Both the position numbers and the translations under genes were made by a program. Below, in pieces: positions 39,129-54,460 of a stretch of 64,000 nt of DNA; the first letter of the stretch is position 1, and every line of letters starts with the position of its first letter. Where the stretch lies: NCBI RefSeq assembly GCF_006345805.1, contig NC_043008.1:57102001-57166000 (forward strand). The letters run 5' to 3'. The DNA is from Octopus sinensis. Taxonomy: Eukaryota. A model generated the notes under the pieces. It saw nothing but the letters and a program-made list of their open reading frames with translations, was not told the DNA's origin and searched no databases.

Positions 39129-39191
<63 letters not shown>

Positions 39192-39292
39192 GTACATTCA
39201 TATATCAACATATCTGTATATGCACACATACATATACACATTTGTGTGTGGGCGTTATAAATACATCTAAACGCATATCTACACAGACATAT

Positions 39293-39324
<32 letters not shown>

Positions 39325-39923
39325 CACACACACACACACACCACACACGCACACACATCACACACACACACATATATGTATATGTATGTATGTATATGTA
39401 TACGTATTTGTGTGTGCGTGTAGGTGATTATTTGCAAGTGTATATACCGCTGTACACATATGCAATTATATATCTTAATGCTTAATCCTCTAGTGGCTAT
39501 TACATCTCTGTTTAATAGGTCTTTATTTGACCAGTAAACCAATGTATGCAATATTCTTTCTGGAAAAGCACATAATTCCATTTCATCAATTCACAAATTA
39601 TAGAACTTTCCGCCAACTTTAATCATTTAACTTTGTCATTTGGGACACACTTCTTGCAATGTACGTTCCGTTTGTTGTTGGGTTTTTTTTCCTAATTCCC
39701 GCCTTCATTTTAATTTTCATCGCACCATTCCTTTTCTCTGTTCATAATGTGACTTCCCGAGCTCCCAAAAGTTTTGTGGAGAACAATCACACACACGCAT
39801 ACACACGCACGCACATGCACATGCACGTACACACACACGCTTACACACACACACACAAACACAAGCGCACACGCTTCTATGCATTTACACACATACATGT
39901 ACCTATATATATATATATATATT

Positions 39924-39976
<53 letters not shown>

Positions 39977-40089
39977 GTATCTACATACATATATGTATGT
40001 ACATGCATGTATGTATATATATATATATATGTAAATATCTATAACTATATATACATATGTATGCGTATATAATATATATGTGTATATAT

Positions 40090-40225
<136 letters not shown>

Positions 40226-40796
40226 CACACACAAACACACGACACACAGCACACACACTCACACACACACACAGAAAAGGATAAAAACGGGTTCTGTATC
40301 CGTATTCGTTGCGTATTACCATACTCGTAATAAATACCTAAGCATTACCGATGCCAGAAAATGCAATAAATCCGTGAAGCAAAGCATGGCTTACTATACT
40401 TCTCTCTACCTATGTCGTAAATCCTTGTTATAAAACCAATCACTGTTTATTACCTAGCTTTGTTAGGTGTGACTGTGAGAATATTTATTTATCCATGGTA
40501 GAACCAAATTCTTAAACTAAGTAGAACAACTGCAGAAAAAAAAATACGTAAAATGTTGACATCATTATTGAAGGAGAACGTCAATGGGATAAATCAAAAC
40601 GAAAAATAAAAGAAAAAAATATCTTTGTTGACATTAATGTGAGAATTTATTGCGATTGTTCTGAAAATAGATGAGTATGGTTCTAACTCCTGAATGAGAC
40701 TGCAATGCGTATATTATACAATTACATACGGTCTTATATAATTGTGTGTATATATATATGTGTGTTTGTATATATATATACATATAGGTGTAGTTT

Positions 40797-40946
40797 ATAG
40801 GCGCAGGAGCGGCTGCGTGGTACGTAGCTTGCTTACCAACCACATGGTTCTGGATTCAGTCCCACTGTGTGGCACCTGGGGCAAGTGTTTCTACTATATA
40901 GCCTCGGGCCGACAAAAGCCTTGTGAGTGGACTTGGTAGACGGAAG

Positions 40947-41013
<67 letters not shown>

Positions 41014-41462
41014 CATATATACATACAAAATGTGACCGCGTGTGTACCGTTGGCGATTTTTTTCCTCTGTCTTCCCTTCTCGGGATCTTTCCTTCTCCTA
41101 TGTTTCCGACGAAGAGCTCCGCTCGGAACGTTAAACCCTCCTTCTTCCCTTCCTTCCTGAGCGTCCAATAATACTATATTTGTTCCACGTCCTCGCGTTG
41201 TTGTGCTTTGTCTTTGTGTTTTCATGTTTGGATTAACTTTATATATACATACATGTGTGTGTGTGTGTATGAGTATGTGTTTGTGTGTCTGCGTTTGTCC
41301 CCCTACCATCACTTGACAAGTGATGTTGGTGTGTACCCGTCCCGTAATGTAGCAGTTCGGCGACAGAGAAAGAATAAATCCTGGGGTAGGTTTGTTCGTC
41401 TACAGGCGGTACTCCGGCATGGCCACAGTCAAATGACTGAAATAAAAGAATAAAAGAATGAA
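40797..41462 (+). mobile_element. SINE S1 split by a pLTR family F insert (41030-41232) lying in its (TA)n tract
   Basis: Head 40797-40948, tail 41255-41462; insert has GTTT-CCGACGA-A-GAGC-TCC-GCTC-GGAAC-GTT^AAAC (41102-41136), a hammerhead with U4C and A13G changes. Confidence 0.75.
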
Positions 41463-41535
41463 AGATATATATATATTAGGGAGTATAACTCCAAACTCAC
41501 AGGGAAAATTGAATTTAGTAATAAAATCAAATTTC

Positions 41536-41597
<62 letters not shown>

Positions 41598-42258
41598 TTA
41601 CAGAAAAAACACTATTATGTCATTCAAACAATGATAGATATAAACCATATCATATAGGAAAAATAAAATATATTATCAAACATATATCTAGATCACAAGA
41701 ACTACATAATAATTAATAAACATTATATAATAAAAAGACTACGTGCGTTTTGTGGCTATAACTTCAATTCGAATTACAATTAAATTTAAATTTAATCCAA
41801 AAACAAATGAATTTTAAAGTATAGTCACTCCTCAGGTCAACAATAATAACAATAATAGTATTTTGTATATTATTCCAACAATATACTCACAAATAATTTA
41901 AACTTATTATGTAAGTAAATAAATTTATGTCTAGAACTAATATTTCACTCATTGATAAAACAAAACAAAGTACTTATTATTATTATTAAATTCAATACTA
42001 TATAAAGAAAAATAACTTTTCACTACCTATACTATAATATTTTACGTTATAAACTATTCAAACTCACAACCTCGTGATCTTAAGCTCGACGCTATAACCA
42101 GCGAGCCATGCGCCTTCATACACTCATATTCAAATCTGAATGAGAAGTAACCCAAGGGTTATAAACAATAGCGAACACACATACACTACAAAACATTTAC
42201 CTTGCGTATGTGTTTGCATGTGTGTGTATGTAAAAACTACATATGTACATATATTTAC

Positions 42259-42338
<80 letters not shown>

Positions 42339-42348
42339 GTGTGTGTGT

Positions 42349-42651
42349 GTGGAGGCGCAATGGCCCAGTGGTTAGGGCAGCGGACTCGCGGTCGCAGGAT
42401 CGCGGTTTCGATACCCAGACCGGGCGTTGTGAGTGTTTATTAAGCGAAAACACCTAAAAGCTCCACGACGCTCCGGCAGGGGGTGGTGATCCCTGCTGTA
42501 CTCTTTCTCCCATCACTCTTTCTCCCACTCTTTCTTCTGTTGGCCTGCTCGCTTAGCCAGCGGGGTGGCGTCATTCGAAGGCTAAAACAATGCGAACGCA
42601 TTGTGACCAGCGATGTGTAACAACATCTGATGGTCTGGTAGGTCACGTGAT

Positions 42652-42660
<9 letters not shown>
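42349..42660 (+). mobile_element. SINE H1 + tail T2
   Basis: Same structure as 16042-16286; lone T1 tail at 43085-43165(-). Confidence 0.88.
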
Positions 42661-42702
<42 letters not shown>

Positions 42703-42992
42703 TTCATGTATATAAACTCGTGCAGCGTTTGGTGTTTTCTATAGAAACAGTTTTACACACAATATTTACATGTTGTTATATATATGTGCTTCGAGACTCG
42801 TTGCTCCAAACATGAATATATAGATATTCCACACTGATCACAGAGAAACCGTTTGACAACGATTGCAGGGATTGGACTAAAATTCTGACACCTGAGAATT
42901 GAGTTGTTTAATCCGCTATCATTTCCAACACGCATCTACATTCATTTATATATATATATATATATTATATATATATATATATAATATATATA

Positions 42993-43028
<36 letters not shown>

Positions 43029-43050
43029 TGTATGTATGTATGTATGTATG

Positions 43051-43083
<33 letters not shown>

Positions 43084-43892
43084 TGTTGGCACTCCGTCGG
43101 TTACGAAGACGAAGGTTCCACTTGATCCGATCAACGGTACAGCCTGTTCGTGAAATTGAAGTGCATGTATATATGTATGCATACCTATATATATGTATTT
43201 GTATAGCATCTTTGTATGTGTGTGCGTGCATTTAATATGAATTCGCTTTATATATGATTTTAGCAAACAACCTAATCATTCATTATTGTCAACGTGTCGC
43301 CTCAATATTCTTCCCGAATGTTTGCAAATGATTTTCAACGAATGGTTATGTAACGTTTTCTGTCTGGTTTATCATCAACGTTGACATCTCTCCAAGAACA
43401 CAGGATTTCTTGTGCTCTGTTACTTAACCTTCGTCTTTGATCTGTCGCTCTGTATTATTAGTTGGTGATTTCGACATGAATTTTAGAGAGTGTTCGACGC
43501 AATTTGTACATGATGTTAGCATTGTGGTTATTGTTTCTGTTACTGATGTTGTTACAGTTGCTGTCATTGTTAAGCACTAGTTAGCCACGGGCAACAAGAG
43601 CTACAATCAAAGGCACTCCAGATATGAGCATTGATTTTTGTTTTCTATTTGTGTTTCGTGCAACAAGCAACAAGATTATTTAATGTATTTCGTTTCGTTT
43701 TATAAACAACACCTAGCAATGATGTGGAAGAGGTTTTTGCTGCCCTTTCTAGCATGTAAAATGTCTACACGGAAGCTGTGTCTTTGGCTCGTTTATATAC
43801 AGATATATATATATGTGTGTGTGTACCTGTGTGCACGCCCTTGTGTGTATGTATATGTGTATATATATACATATATATATATACATATATAC

Positions 43893-43922
<30 letters not shown>

Positions 43923-43926
<4 letters not shown>

Positions 43927-44355
43927 TGTTATATTTCGGAATGGTCATATTGCCAGTTTAGCCAATAAAAACACACGCACTATATATTTGGTGTTATTTT
44001 GCTTCAGTGATATTTATTTTTTACATTAATCTTAATCTTATTTCGGCCAAAGTTCTTTCGTATTTCTAGAAATACAAAATGGCTGACGGTTAGTAAGGAG
44101 AGACACAAATAAGTGAGAAGAAAACAAAGGACCACTGATGCGGTCACAGGAGTGTGACGAAAGAACTTTGGCCGAAATAAGATTAAGATTAATGTAAAAA
44201 ATAAATATCACTGAAGCAAAATAACACCAAATATATAGTGCGTGTGTTTTTATTGGCTAAACTGGCAATATGACCATTCCGAAATATAACAATATCTGTT
44301 TCAACACACGACTTCACATAAAAAATCTTGCACAACAAATATTTAAACGTATATA
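43923..44355. mobile_element. pLTR family B (plus, ~44066-44355) preceded by a perfect inverted partial copy (43923-44061 vs 44157-44295)
   Basis: 139-bp identical arms; hammerhead at 44129-44173 with A9C and C17U changes; TA tracts on both sides. Confidence 0.85.
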
Positions 44356-44896
44356 ATATATATATATATAGAGAGAGAGAGAGACAGCTTGGCATACTTC
44401 CTTACACGTACTTTGTTCAAATCTTACGTAGACCAATTTTCTGTAATTTTAATCCTTCAATGTTTGAAAAAATTAATATCAGCTAACAATAATGTTCTGT
44501 AATTATTCGACTTTTGTATTTCTTCCCATGATATTGTCTAATATTATCGTCGTTATTATTTATTCCACTACATAGTATGCAATTGAAACGTAAATTAAGA
44601 TAGATAAGATATTAGTGGCGTCCAGAAATTGAAACAAACTTTCATACATGGTTGTACTAAAACTATAGTTTGCTGTTACTCAACGATCGACCTTTAAAAG
44701 TGCTTCGGTCAGTATGCTTGAAATTGTTGCCAAACCTCTATAATATCACTCCCTAAGTGTCACTTTAAAGGAAAATAACCTATCAACAGTGTTCGTATAT
44801 AAAAGAAAGGCAGGATAGTAATAGCTGGACAGCTTTTACTCCAAGGTTTCTTCAGTCAAGTTTGACTTGAGGATATCAAGTATATATTCTGTAATA

Positions 44897-45110
44897 CAAG
44901 GGGGTACTGAAAAGTTCCTGTGTTGGCTAAGAGAAAATACAGGAGGATCAGTTAACTATGATTTTATTCAACATATTCCCCTCTCAGATTCACACACATT
45001 GCAGCGGTCCTTCAGTTTTTCGAAGTTCTGTAAAAGAATTCGGAATTTTGGGCCTCCAACAACGCCTTTCGTGATGCCCTTAAAGCCAGGAAATTTTCAG
45101 CACTCCCTTC
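44897..45110. mobile_element. Mariner-derived MITE, second copy
   Basis: Homologous to 18961-19180; TA on both flanks. Confidence 0.8.
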
Positions 45111-45664
45111 TATTTCATAAATGAATTATAGAATGTATATTGATTTGTCATGTAGCAAATCAATATACAAAAGCCATAATTGTCCATAAGCATAATTTGT
45201 AGATTGAATCACAAACCACGCCATTATCATTTCTGATCAAAATACGAAAGTTGTCATATCGATTTTCTAACTTTGGAGCAAAGCCATACACTTGGAGGAA
45301 ATTATAGTCAAATATATCGATCCCCTCACACATTTACATATTGTACAGATCCTTGACGGCTGAAATGCCAGTTAAACCTCATTACATAGAAAGACATAAC
45401 TAAAATGAATTTTCTAAAAACCTCACCAACTTCATAACCATTACTTTTAGCAGGTGAGCCACATTGGACGAGCACTTGTACCATACAGCAGTGAGGATAT
45501 CAACCCGCAACCATAGTTTTATTGGTGTTAAAAGGGTTTCCTCCTAAAGTGCACGAGGACTCTGTAACCTGACATTGCATAAAATCATTGGTGCGAGAAC
45601 GCGTTTCATCCAGGTACTCGTTTCAAATTTGCAATGTTTGCTTCTAAAATTCCAACTGCAGTTT

Positions 45665-45696
<32 letters not shown>

Positions 45697-45714
45697 GATA
45701 TATAATATATATAT

Positions 45715-45997
45715 ATATGAAATTAAATAAGGGTAGAAATTGATATTTATCAATTAAAAACAGTGGTCTAGCATATTTTTTTTTTAATCCGAAGATAAAA
45801 TTTTTTTTTTACATACAAAATTTAGAGGACTGACCACTAAAAGTGGACAGCCTTTATGTTAGATATAGACGTTAAATTCGCCATTTTCCACGAAGAATGC
45901 GTTCTCAGGAAAAAATTCAGCAAAAAAAACAAAGTGTAAAAATAAGCAAAACAAATGAAAATATACGAAATATACGTTTTTTATTTCGTATATTTTC

Positions 45998-46004
<7 letters not shown>
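45715..46004. repeat. Unclassified interspersed repeat abutting (TA)n, with terminal 23-bp perfect hairpin (45950-45972 / 45982-46004)
   Basis: Hairpin seen directly; Penelope affinity is only inferred from its architecture. Confidence 0.45.
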
Positions 46005-46063
<59 letters not shown>

Positions 46064-48584
46064 AACCTATGTAAATCATTCGGATAAATTTTGTCGCAAA
46101 ACTGAATTTAGTGAGTGGGGCTATCAAAATATATACAAAATCATGAAGATCACGTTGAGGACAAGGCCATTCAAAGCTTACCTACAGAAATTAAAGTGCT
46201 AAATACAGCTCCAGCATTATCGACAATGCTGTTTCTACGCACACGGACAGACAGCAAAAAGTCACTGAACTGATTAGTATAATCTGCTCCAGCAGTCCAC
46301 GGGCGTGCCATTTCTCATCAATATTTTTTCCTGGAGCAACAATAAGAAAAGTTGAAATTTTGCGGGTGTTGTGATATGATATGGGGAGTTATCAACAGAT
46401 ATTGCCGGTGTAGCAATAGCTATTTTAGCCATTTTGAAATGTGGCGCGAATTGGCAATATGACGTAATATCTTTGCCGAAGAAATATCATTTTCGTTTTT
46501 TTCCATTGGTTAATATAACTGCTCATATAAAGATTCTAGAAGTTTCGTAAAGAATATCTGTCATGAATTTCGATTCTTTTTGAGTTAAGTGAGCAGTTAT
46601 AAAAACCCTGGATTTTGGAAGATATTTCAGTGTTCGTTCGGTAGTCATTCAACTCCACGACACTCACTCTTTTGGAGACATCGGTAAATTTTTATGCCAT
46701 GTCTACGTTAATCACAAATCTATTTTGATTTGTTGGTTAACGTATTAGATAGAAAAAGAAATTAGCTAAGGAATTTAAAGTCGTTTTTCTTCACGACTAA
46801 GTTATCTTTCTTCTTGTAATAAATATAAAATGTTATATTTATATAAATAAAATAATTAAAAAGTAAATGTTTCTCTTCACGTTTGTTTTTCAACTGAGCA
46901 TAGATAAATATGCATTTCTGTAATCTTTGCTTTATGTTTCTTATAGCGGTTTAAAGGACACTATTAAAATATTCAACATTCATGGTCGTTGAGTTAGCGT
47001 TCCATGCGTATATGTCTATATGACGTTACAACTGTAGTTAGGGTTAAAGATACAATGATAACACTTTAGTATAAGTGACGATAAATCATTATATTTTCCC
47101 TTACTCAGAGGAAAGCCTAAATAGATAATATAACCTAAGAGAAAGCTTAAGGTAGAAATAACAGAAAACCGCCGTAGGAAACCGGTTTTAAATGACAGTT
47201 ACTGCATTATATATGGAGAAATGGCGTATACTGTACTGAGGACGGTGTTAGGTGATGTTTGATAGCTTCCGATAATAAAACATTTGCTGAATATACCATG
47301 TCTAAAATATGAAGATGTTTTTTAGCTAAGCATCCCGCAATTTTGTACCATATTGTTTGGTATGGATTTCTTGAGTAGCATGTTGTTTTGAAGTAATGTG
47401 CTTATATTAGTGAAAGAATAAGTATGGTTGAAATACATATTTAAAGCTGTCTTCTACCATACGTACATTCTCTTTAAGCACAATATGTACTATTGTTTTC
47501 GTTAGATTTAGTTCTGGTGAACGTGATTTCTCTCGCGTAGATAATCACCTCAGTATTGCATGCCTGACATTTCATTTGTATTTCCGCATACGTAGTAGCT
47601 TCGGTTAGTTTAGTTGGATTACATGATATTAAGTGTTCGTAAAGGTGTCACAGTTTAATGGGATTTTTTTCCGTGTTAGATTGTGTTTCTGTACCGGAGA
47701 TTGATGTGGTAATGCGTATTTACCAAATCTAGAAGAGTTAGATTGAATATTTAAAGGTACGAGTTGTGTGAACCAAATAATATTGCGATAGCGACTTACA
47801 TTAAGATAGATAGGGTCAGAAGCATTAGTGATCTGATCTTTCAATTCACCGGCTTTTACCGTTAAACTTCTTACACAAAGAAAAGAAAATGTATTTTCTC
47901 TGTAACATCTGATTATATTTCACTATGATCTACATTATCCGACTCCAGTTGTAAGTAAAATTTCATTTCATTTCTATTCGGTTTTGATTGTTTGAATCTT
48001 TATAAGCTTGTTTACATTCAGAATGTAATATTTAAATGGTTTTCAGACCTTTTTTTAGTATGCATCTAGTTTTTCAAGCCAGCATAAATACAACTGCAGT
48101 TTACTACAATATCTTTCGGTATTAACTTAGTTAATGTCATCATTTTCCTTCTTGATAGTGGTCGCGTTTATTACAACACGGTCCAGGAAGAAGTCGATCT
48201 TTGGAATCAGCAGGAGACTCAGTAGACGATATCGTTCTGCTCATTGTTATCCCTAATATTCAAAAGAAGGTAACAAGCCTCTAGGACATTGACTTCCGAC
48301 TCCGTCTCGGTTTCCATACCAATTGCCAAAAGAAAGACGCCTTGTACGCTAAAGTCAATCAAAACCCATCAGTTTTGGAGGACAAAATATTGAATTTGTT
48401 GATTTTTTTTTTCCATACCAGAATAGGAATTTTTGTAGACATGAAAAAGCAGAAATTGATGCCAAGACTAGATTCGACAAAGCCTGGCGACTTTCCAACA
48501 TTAATTTTTACATGACGGCCTATTAGTAATGCACCGTGAGAAATCGTATACACCATTAGAGGGAATCAAGATATAATGTGGTTT

Positions 48585-49800
48585 CGAATTTTGGCACAAG
48601 GCCAGCAATTTCGAGGTAGGGAGAAGTCGATGGCCTCGATCCCAGCACTCAACTGGTACTTATTTTATCGACCCCTAAAGGAGAAAAGGCAAAGTCGACC
48701 TCGGTGGAACTCAGAACATGAAGATGGACGAAATGCCGCTAAACTTTAGACCCAGTGTGCTAACGATTCTGGCAGCCCGCTGCCTTAAGCGTAAGATATT
48801 ATTATATTGTGGCAAATTTTGGCAGAAGGCCAGTAATTTCAGGGGACGAGTCATGATATTTCGTTATTGCCTACAGGGAGGTTAAACATAGAGCGGACAC
48901 ACAAAGACATACAAAGGGATTAAGTTGATTACATTGACTCCAGTGCGTAACTGGTATTTATTTAATCGATCCCGAAAGGATGAATGGCAAAGTCGACCTC
49001 GGCCGAATTTGAACTAAGAACGTAAGGGCAGACGAAATACTGTTAAGCATTTTGCCCGATGTGCTAACGAGTTTGCCAGTTCGCTGCCCTGGTAAGTCAC
49101 GATATTCTTCTCTACTCAAGGCAAAAGGCCCGAAATTTTTTTGGGGTGGGGGAGGGGCAGTCGATTAGATTGACCCTAGTACGCAAATAGTACTTAATTT
49201 ATGGACGCCGAAAGGATGAAAGACAAAGTCGACATCGGCGGAATTTGAACTCAGAACGTAGGGACAGACAAATACCGCTAAGCACTTTGCCCGGTGTGCT
49301 AACGGTTCTGCCAGCTCGCCGCCCTGGTAAGTCATTATAGTTATTTCTTTATTGCCCACAGGGGGGCTAGACATAGAGGGTGGCGTGCTAACGTTTCTTA
49401 TTTCTTTACTGCCCACAAGGGGCTACACACAGAGGTGCCAAACAAGGACAGACAAACGGTTTAAGTCGATTATATCGATCCCAGTGTGTACCTTGTACTT
49501 ATTTAATCGACCCCGAAAGGATGAAAGGCAAAGTCGATCTCGGCGGAATTTGAACTCAGAAATACCTATTTCTTTACTACCCACAAGGGGCTAAACACAG
49601 AGAGGGCAAACAAGGATAGACAAACGGATTAAGTCGATTACATCGACCCCAGTGCGTAACTGGTACGTAATTTATCGACCCCGAAAGGATGAAAGGAAGA
49701 GTCGACCTCGGCGGAATTTGAACTCAGAACGTAACGGCAGACGAAATAGGGCTACGCATTTCGCCCGGCGTGTTAACGTTTCTGCCAGCTCACCGCCTTG
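48585..49800 (-). mobile_element. S2 SINE tandem array (~6 units)
   Basis: Repeated S2 cores with AAATA|GGTATTT and AAATA|AGAAACGTTAGC junctions on the sense strand. Confidence 0.88.
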
Positions 49801-50479
49801 GTAAGTAATAATATTAACATGTAACTGAAGGCTGACGTGTCAGGGAGAATAATATTAACATGGAATTGAATATATGTAGAAAAAGTTTGCAATCATAAAT
49901 GGCGGTGCCCCAGCATGGCCACAGCTCATGAGCTAAAATGGGAAAATCAAAATCAAAAAATCAAAATCATGATCACACTTGTTTCATTGCGCAGCTTTGT
50001 TTTATTTACTTAGCCTTGTATTGTATTTTTTTTTTTGCATAATATACATACATTTACCAAATAGTATGAGATGTATTAGGACATGAAATGTAAAAGCCGG
50101 ACTAGATTATTTTATGCGCAACTCCATTGTCTCCCGTGACAAAAAGGATGCCAACAACAACAACAACAACATATGTTTCATTAATCTGTGTTGATATAGT
50201 ATTAATTAATACTTAACACGATAACGGAACTTTGTTTTATTTTTTACCATACTTTCAATGGTTTTGCTTTATCTGCCAAATTCCTGACATGAACAGAGAT
50301 GCTTTTCTGGTTCATAAGGACTTCATTCAAGCATTATTCTTTCTTTCAAGAAAAAGAGTGAATTCTCGAAACGTAACAGATAATTTTTTCTTCTCTCTAC
50401 CGATCCATGAGCAAATGTATAGCACACTTTGTGGTTGTTTTATTTACTTAGCCTTTGTATTCTCTCATTCTCTTATATG

Positions 50480-50715
50480 TTTCAGTCCAATCAATGTGGC
50501 CATGCTGTAGCACCGCCATTGTAATCATCTTTCCACTTTCCACTTTCCACCTTTGTCGGAGCGGCTTCTGGTGAAGGATGGAGTTCGATGCTACTGCCCT
50601 CGTTTGAGTTTCTTGCTTAGATATTTGTTCATCCGGGATCTCGTCTACATCCACTCCATGGAAACTCCTCAGATGCTTCAGCAGACAGTTAAACAGCTGT
50701 AGGCCCTTAAAACCC
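50480..50715 (-). mobile_element. LINE (CR1-group-like) 3' end
   Basis: LGFKGLQLFNCLLKHLRSFHGVDVD..IPDEQISKQETQTRAVASNSILHQ plus the shared 3'UTR motif. Confidence 0.7.
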
Positions 50716-51323
50716 AGTATTTGTTTTTGCATCATATACATACATTTACCAAATGGGCAAAAAAAAAACAAGGTAAAAAAATAACACATGCAAGTGTGAT
50801 GATATGAACACCGAAAGAGATATGTAAAAGTAAAAGAAATCACGGTGGTGCTCCAACATGATCGCAACAGAATGCCTGAAACGAGTAAAAAAAAACAAAA
50901 GAATAAAAGAATACATGTATCTTTCTTCTTATTTTCTTCATTCTTTAAGAGAGAAAAGAACTTCAATTTTACTTCATAGATATGAGAACATAAATCCAAC
51001 TTCTTTCAGATAATATAAAATGTCTTTATAGCTTGTGTTATAACGTTGATCACACGAGGCGAATTTTACGTTTATTACATCGTAAATATACGTGTGTGTG
51101 TGGTGTGTATGTTTGTGTTTGTGTTATGTGTGTGTATGTGTGTGTGTGCGCATGCGTGCGTGTAAAACAAAAGATGTCATCCGCTACTTGAGTTAAAGGT
51201 GTTGAGAAAATGCAATGAAATTTCTGCTAAATACAATACACACATATATGACGTGTGTGTATTTAAATATCTATTGGTGTACATATTTATGTATTTATGC
51301 ATCCATATAGATTTCTGTATGCA

Positions 51324-51324
<1 letters not shown>

Positions 51325-51405
<81 letters not shown>
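51325..51405. repeat. (GATA)n microsatellite
   Basis: Direct inspection. Confidence 0.95.
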
Positions 51406-51409
51406 GATA

Positions 51410-51470
<61 letters not shown>

Positions 51471-51721
51471 ATCATTAATATTAAATTACACCGTACGGAT
51501 CCATCTCATACAATGCTTATTATGCACAATTTCCTAAATTATATTTTATTTCAGGCAAATACCAAGATGCATACAAATACACAGACAGACTCGTTACCAT
51601 GCGTGCATGTTTATATATATACATACACAAACACACACACACATATATATTATATACAAACACATACCTATATATATATATATACACAAACACATACATA
51701 TATGTATATATATTAATACGA

Positions 51722-51858
51722 AAGGATTCTTTCAGTTTCCGATTACCTAATTGACTCGCAATAGAAGACACTTGCCCAAGGTGCTATGCTGTGGAACTGA
51801 ACTCGGAACCATGCGGTTGGTAAGTCAGCTTCTTACCATGTAACAACTCCTGCGCCTA
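51722..51858 (-). mobile_element. SINE S1 5' half; further S1 pieces at 53452-53665(+) and 56615-56781(+)
   Basis: Motif match to full copies. Confidence 0.8.
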
Positions 51859-52024
51859 TATATATATATGTGTCTGTGTGTGTGTGTGTGTGTTGTGTGT
51901 GTGTGTGCTGGTATATATGCATATACAGTATCTATATATGCATATCTATGCATATATATATACACACATATATATATGCAAGACTTATATTTATATATAA
52001 TGAAAGAAGTAAAATACACACAGT

Positions 52025-52537
52025 TTACATATTCAGGCATGTTCTGTATTTTTCGATAAATATACACTCTTTATCTAAACATTCTTGTACAGCGATTCTT
52101 TCTGTGAACTGGTAGATTGAGATAACTGTGAAATTTGGCTGGTTATTACCTGCACATCCCTCTATGTGTTCACTCAAATATATTTGACTGTACTGTGAGA
52201 AATGTATTTGTTCCTTATGTGTTGAGGTTCTCTGTCTTAAGGCCATACTTGTCTGCCCTATATAGTTTTGTCCATAACCTGAACAAATTATAACATAAAT
52301 TAGATTCTGTGAAGCACAAGTGAAGTTGATTTTAATTGTGAACTTCTGTTCTTGTTTGAATAGGATTTGCGAGCCTTCCAATAGGTTGGGGTTTGTTCTA
52401 AAGTTTGGGCGTCCATATTTTTTAACCATTGGTTTCGCAGTTGTTGTGTAAAGCTTCGCATTTGTCAGAAGTCGTTTCAGCGATTTGCGTTTCTCTTTGA
52501 ATTTGATGAATTGATGTGTTTTCAGAATGTTTTTCAC
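52025..52537 (-). pseudogene. Penelope-like element GIY-YIG endonuclease domain (Neptune-type), 5'-truncated
   Basis: NFTCASQNLIYVIICSGYGQNYIGQTSMALRQRTSTHKEQI...HIEGC...KECIFIEKYRTCLN; the upstream linker KKYGRPNFRTNP aligns to a CxxxxCxxC finger with its cysteines lost. Confidence 0.88.
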
Positions 52538-53393
52538 TTTTGGATCCCTACTTCTTATTTATCTCCCCTACAGAAGTCTAATTTCGTTTTCTTTTCACCC
52601 TCTCTAATTTATCGCTTCTATATTTTTCTTATTGCATCTCCTAAATTGCTTTTTCTTACTTTTCTTAAAAGTAGCCTTCGTACGTATAATACAACGTTAA
52701 TCTTCATGACTGCAATCCTATTACTATTTTTCCCCGGTTTCTCCTTTATTATTATTTCCTGTTGCCGTAAATACTGCTTTTGAGTAAACAAGTCCTTAAT
52801 ATTCTTCTACTTCATTCTTCTTCCCCTATTTTTGATCACCGTCTACATTAACTTTCTGTTATAAGCTTCACAAACCTAATTTCTTTATGCTAAACTTTTT
52901 TCATCTTATGATTGCTTTTTTAAAAAACATACCAAGTATTGTTTTCAACAGTTAGATTTACTTTACACTCGGTACCGTTTTCTCGCCCTACTCTTCATAT
53001 ATGGAGTTATAATTAGCTAATCTATAATAATCTATAGAGAGAAAGTTATCGATATTTCTATATGTATATCATCCGCTAACCGTTCATCCATTAGTTGTGG
53101 TTAAATAATTAACATGACTCCCATCACTATTATACAGGGATAGGAACAAATAGACATGAAACTCATAGGGCCAACTTCTCTGTTCTTTCTTTTAAGTTCT
53201 TATCCTTTCTGCTCTGATGAGTACTTTGATATTTGCAAATTCTGAAAATGAATTTATATCTATGTACGAAATGATCGTATGCATGAATACTCTTCTTACA
53301 ACTTTTTGATATCTTATCTCCTCCATTTTATGACAGATATGATTAACTTTGTAGAAATTCACTCTATAATTTAATCATAAACTTCATATGCTA

Positions 53394-53448
<55 letters not shown>

Positions 53449-54421
53449 TATGGGTGTGTGTGACTTTGTGTCTGATTTTGTCCCCCACAACGATGGTGAT
53501 GTGTTTATGTCTCCGTAACGTTCAACAAATGAGGCGGATAAAATAAGTACTAAGCTTACAAAACAAAGAATAAGTCCCGAGGTCGATTTCTACGAATAAA
53601 ACCCTTTAAAGTGATGCTCCAGTATGGCCGCAGTCAAATGACTGAAACGTGGAAATGAATAGAAGAAAACAATATATATATATATATATATTTATATGTT
53701 CGTGTGTTTCTCTGTGTGTGACTATGTGTGTGTATGTATGTACGAATGTTTGTTTGTATATGTATTTATAGGTTTAGACAGATACATAGTTAGTGTATAT
53801 CAACATACTAGCAGAAAACTATATTTAGTCTGTCTAGAAATCCGCATTTCGCAAAACGAAAATGGAACATTGTGAAATTGTCTCTTACTCTCAATATACA
53901 GGGTGCCATTTATGCTTTGATTAGTATATTAGAACTAACCAGCATACAGCGTTGCCAAACGCATTAAGAGAGGACAGTAACTACATGTAAAGATTGATTA
54001 TGTTAGCGTAACATTACAGGAATGTCAGCGTCTAATATTTCAGCCACTTTAACCACAATGCAGCCTAAGTTGAAATTGTGCAATATATTCTTGGTTTTCC
54101 TTGTATGTTATATAATTAGATATGAAAGTATTATTACCTTGGCTGCGCAATTAATGCGTGAACACATGTATACAGGCGCATATCTGTCTATCTATATCTA
54201 TCTCTTTATACATTACATATACATATATATCAATAAAATAGTCATATATATATATATATATATATCTAATATATCATAATATATATATATCCTAAATATA
54301 TATAGAATATTTCATTTATAATATATATCTTATATATATATATATATATATAGATATTATATATATATCATATATATATATATATAATATATATCATAAT
54401 TATTCCATTTATACATATATA

Positions 54422-54460
<39 letters not shown>

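Noticed and set aside
45349-45452. Segment ending in a CAG|GTGAGC donor
   Set aside because: Stops in all three frames
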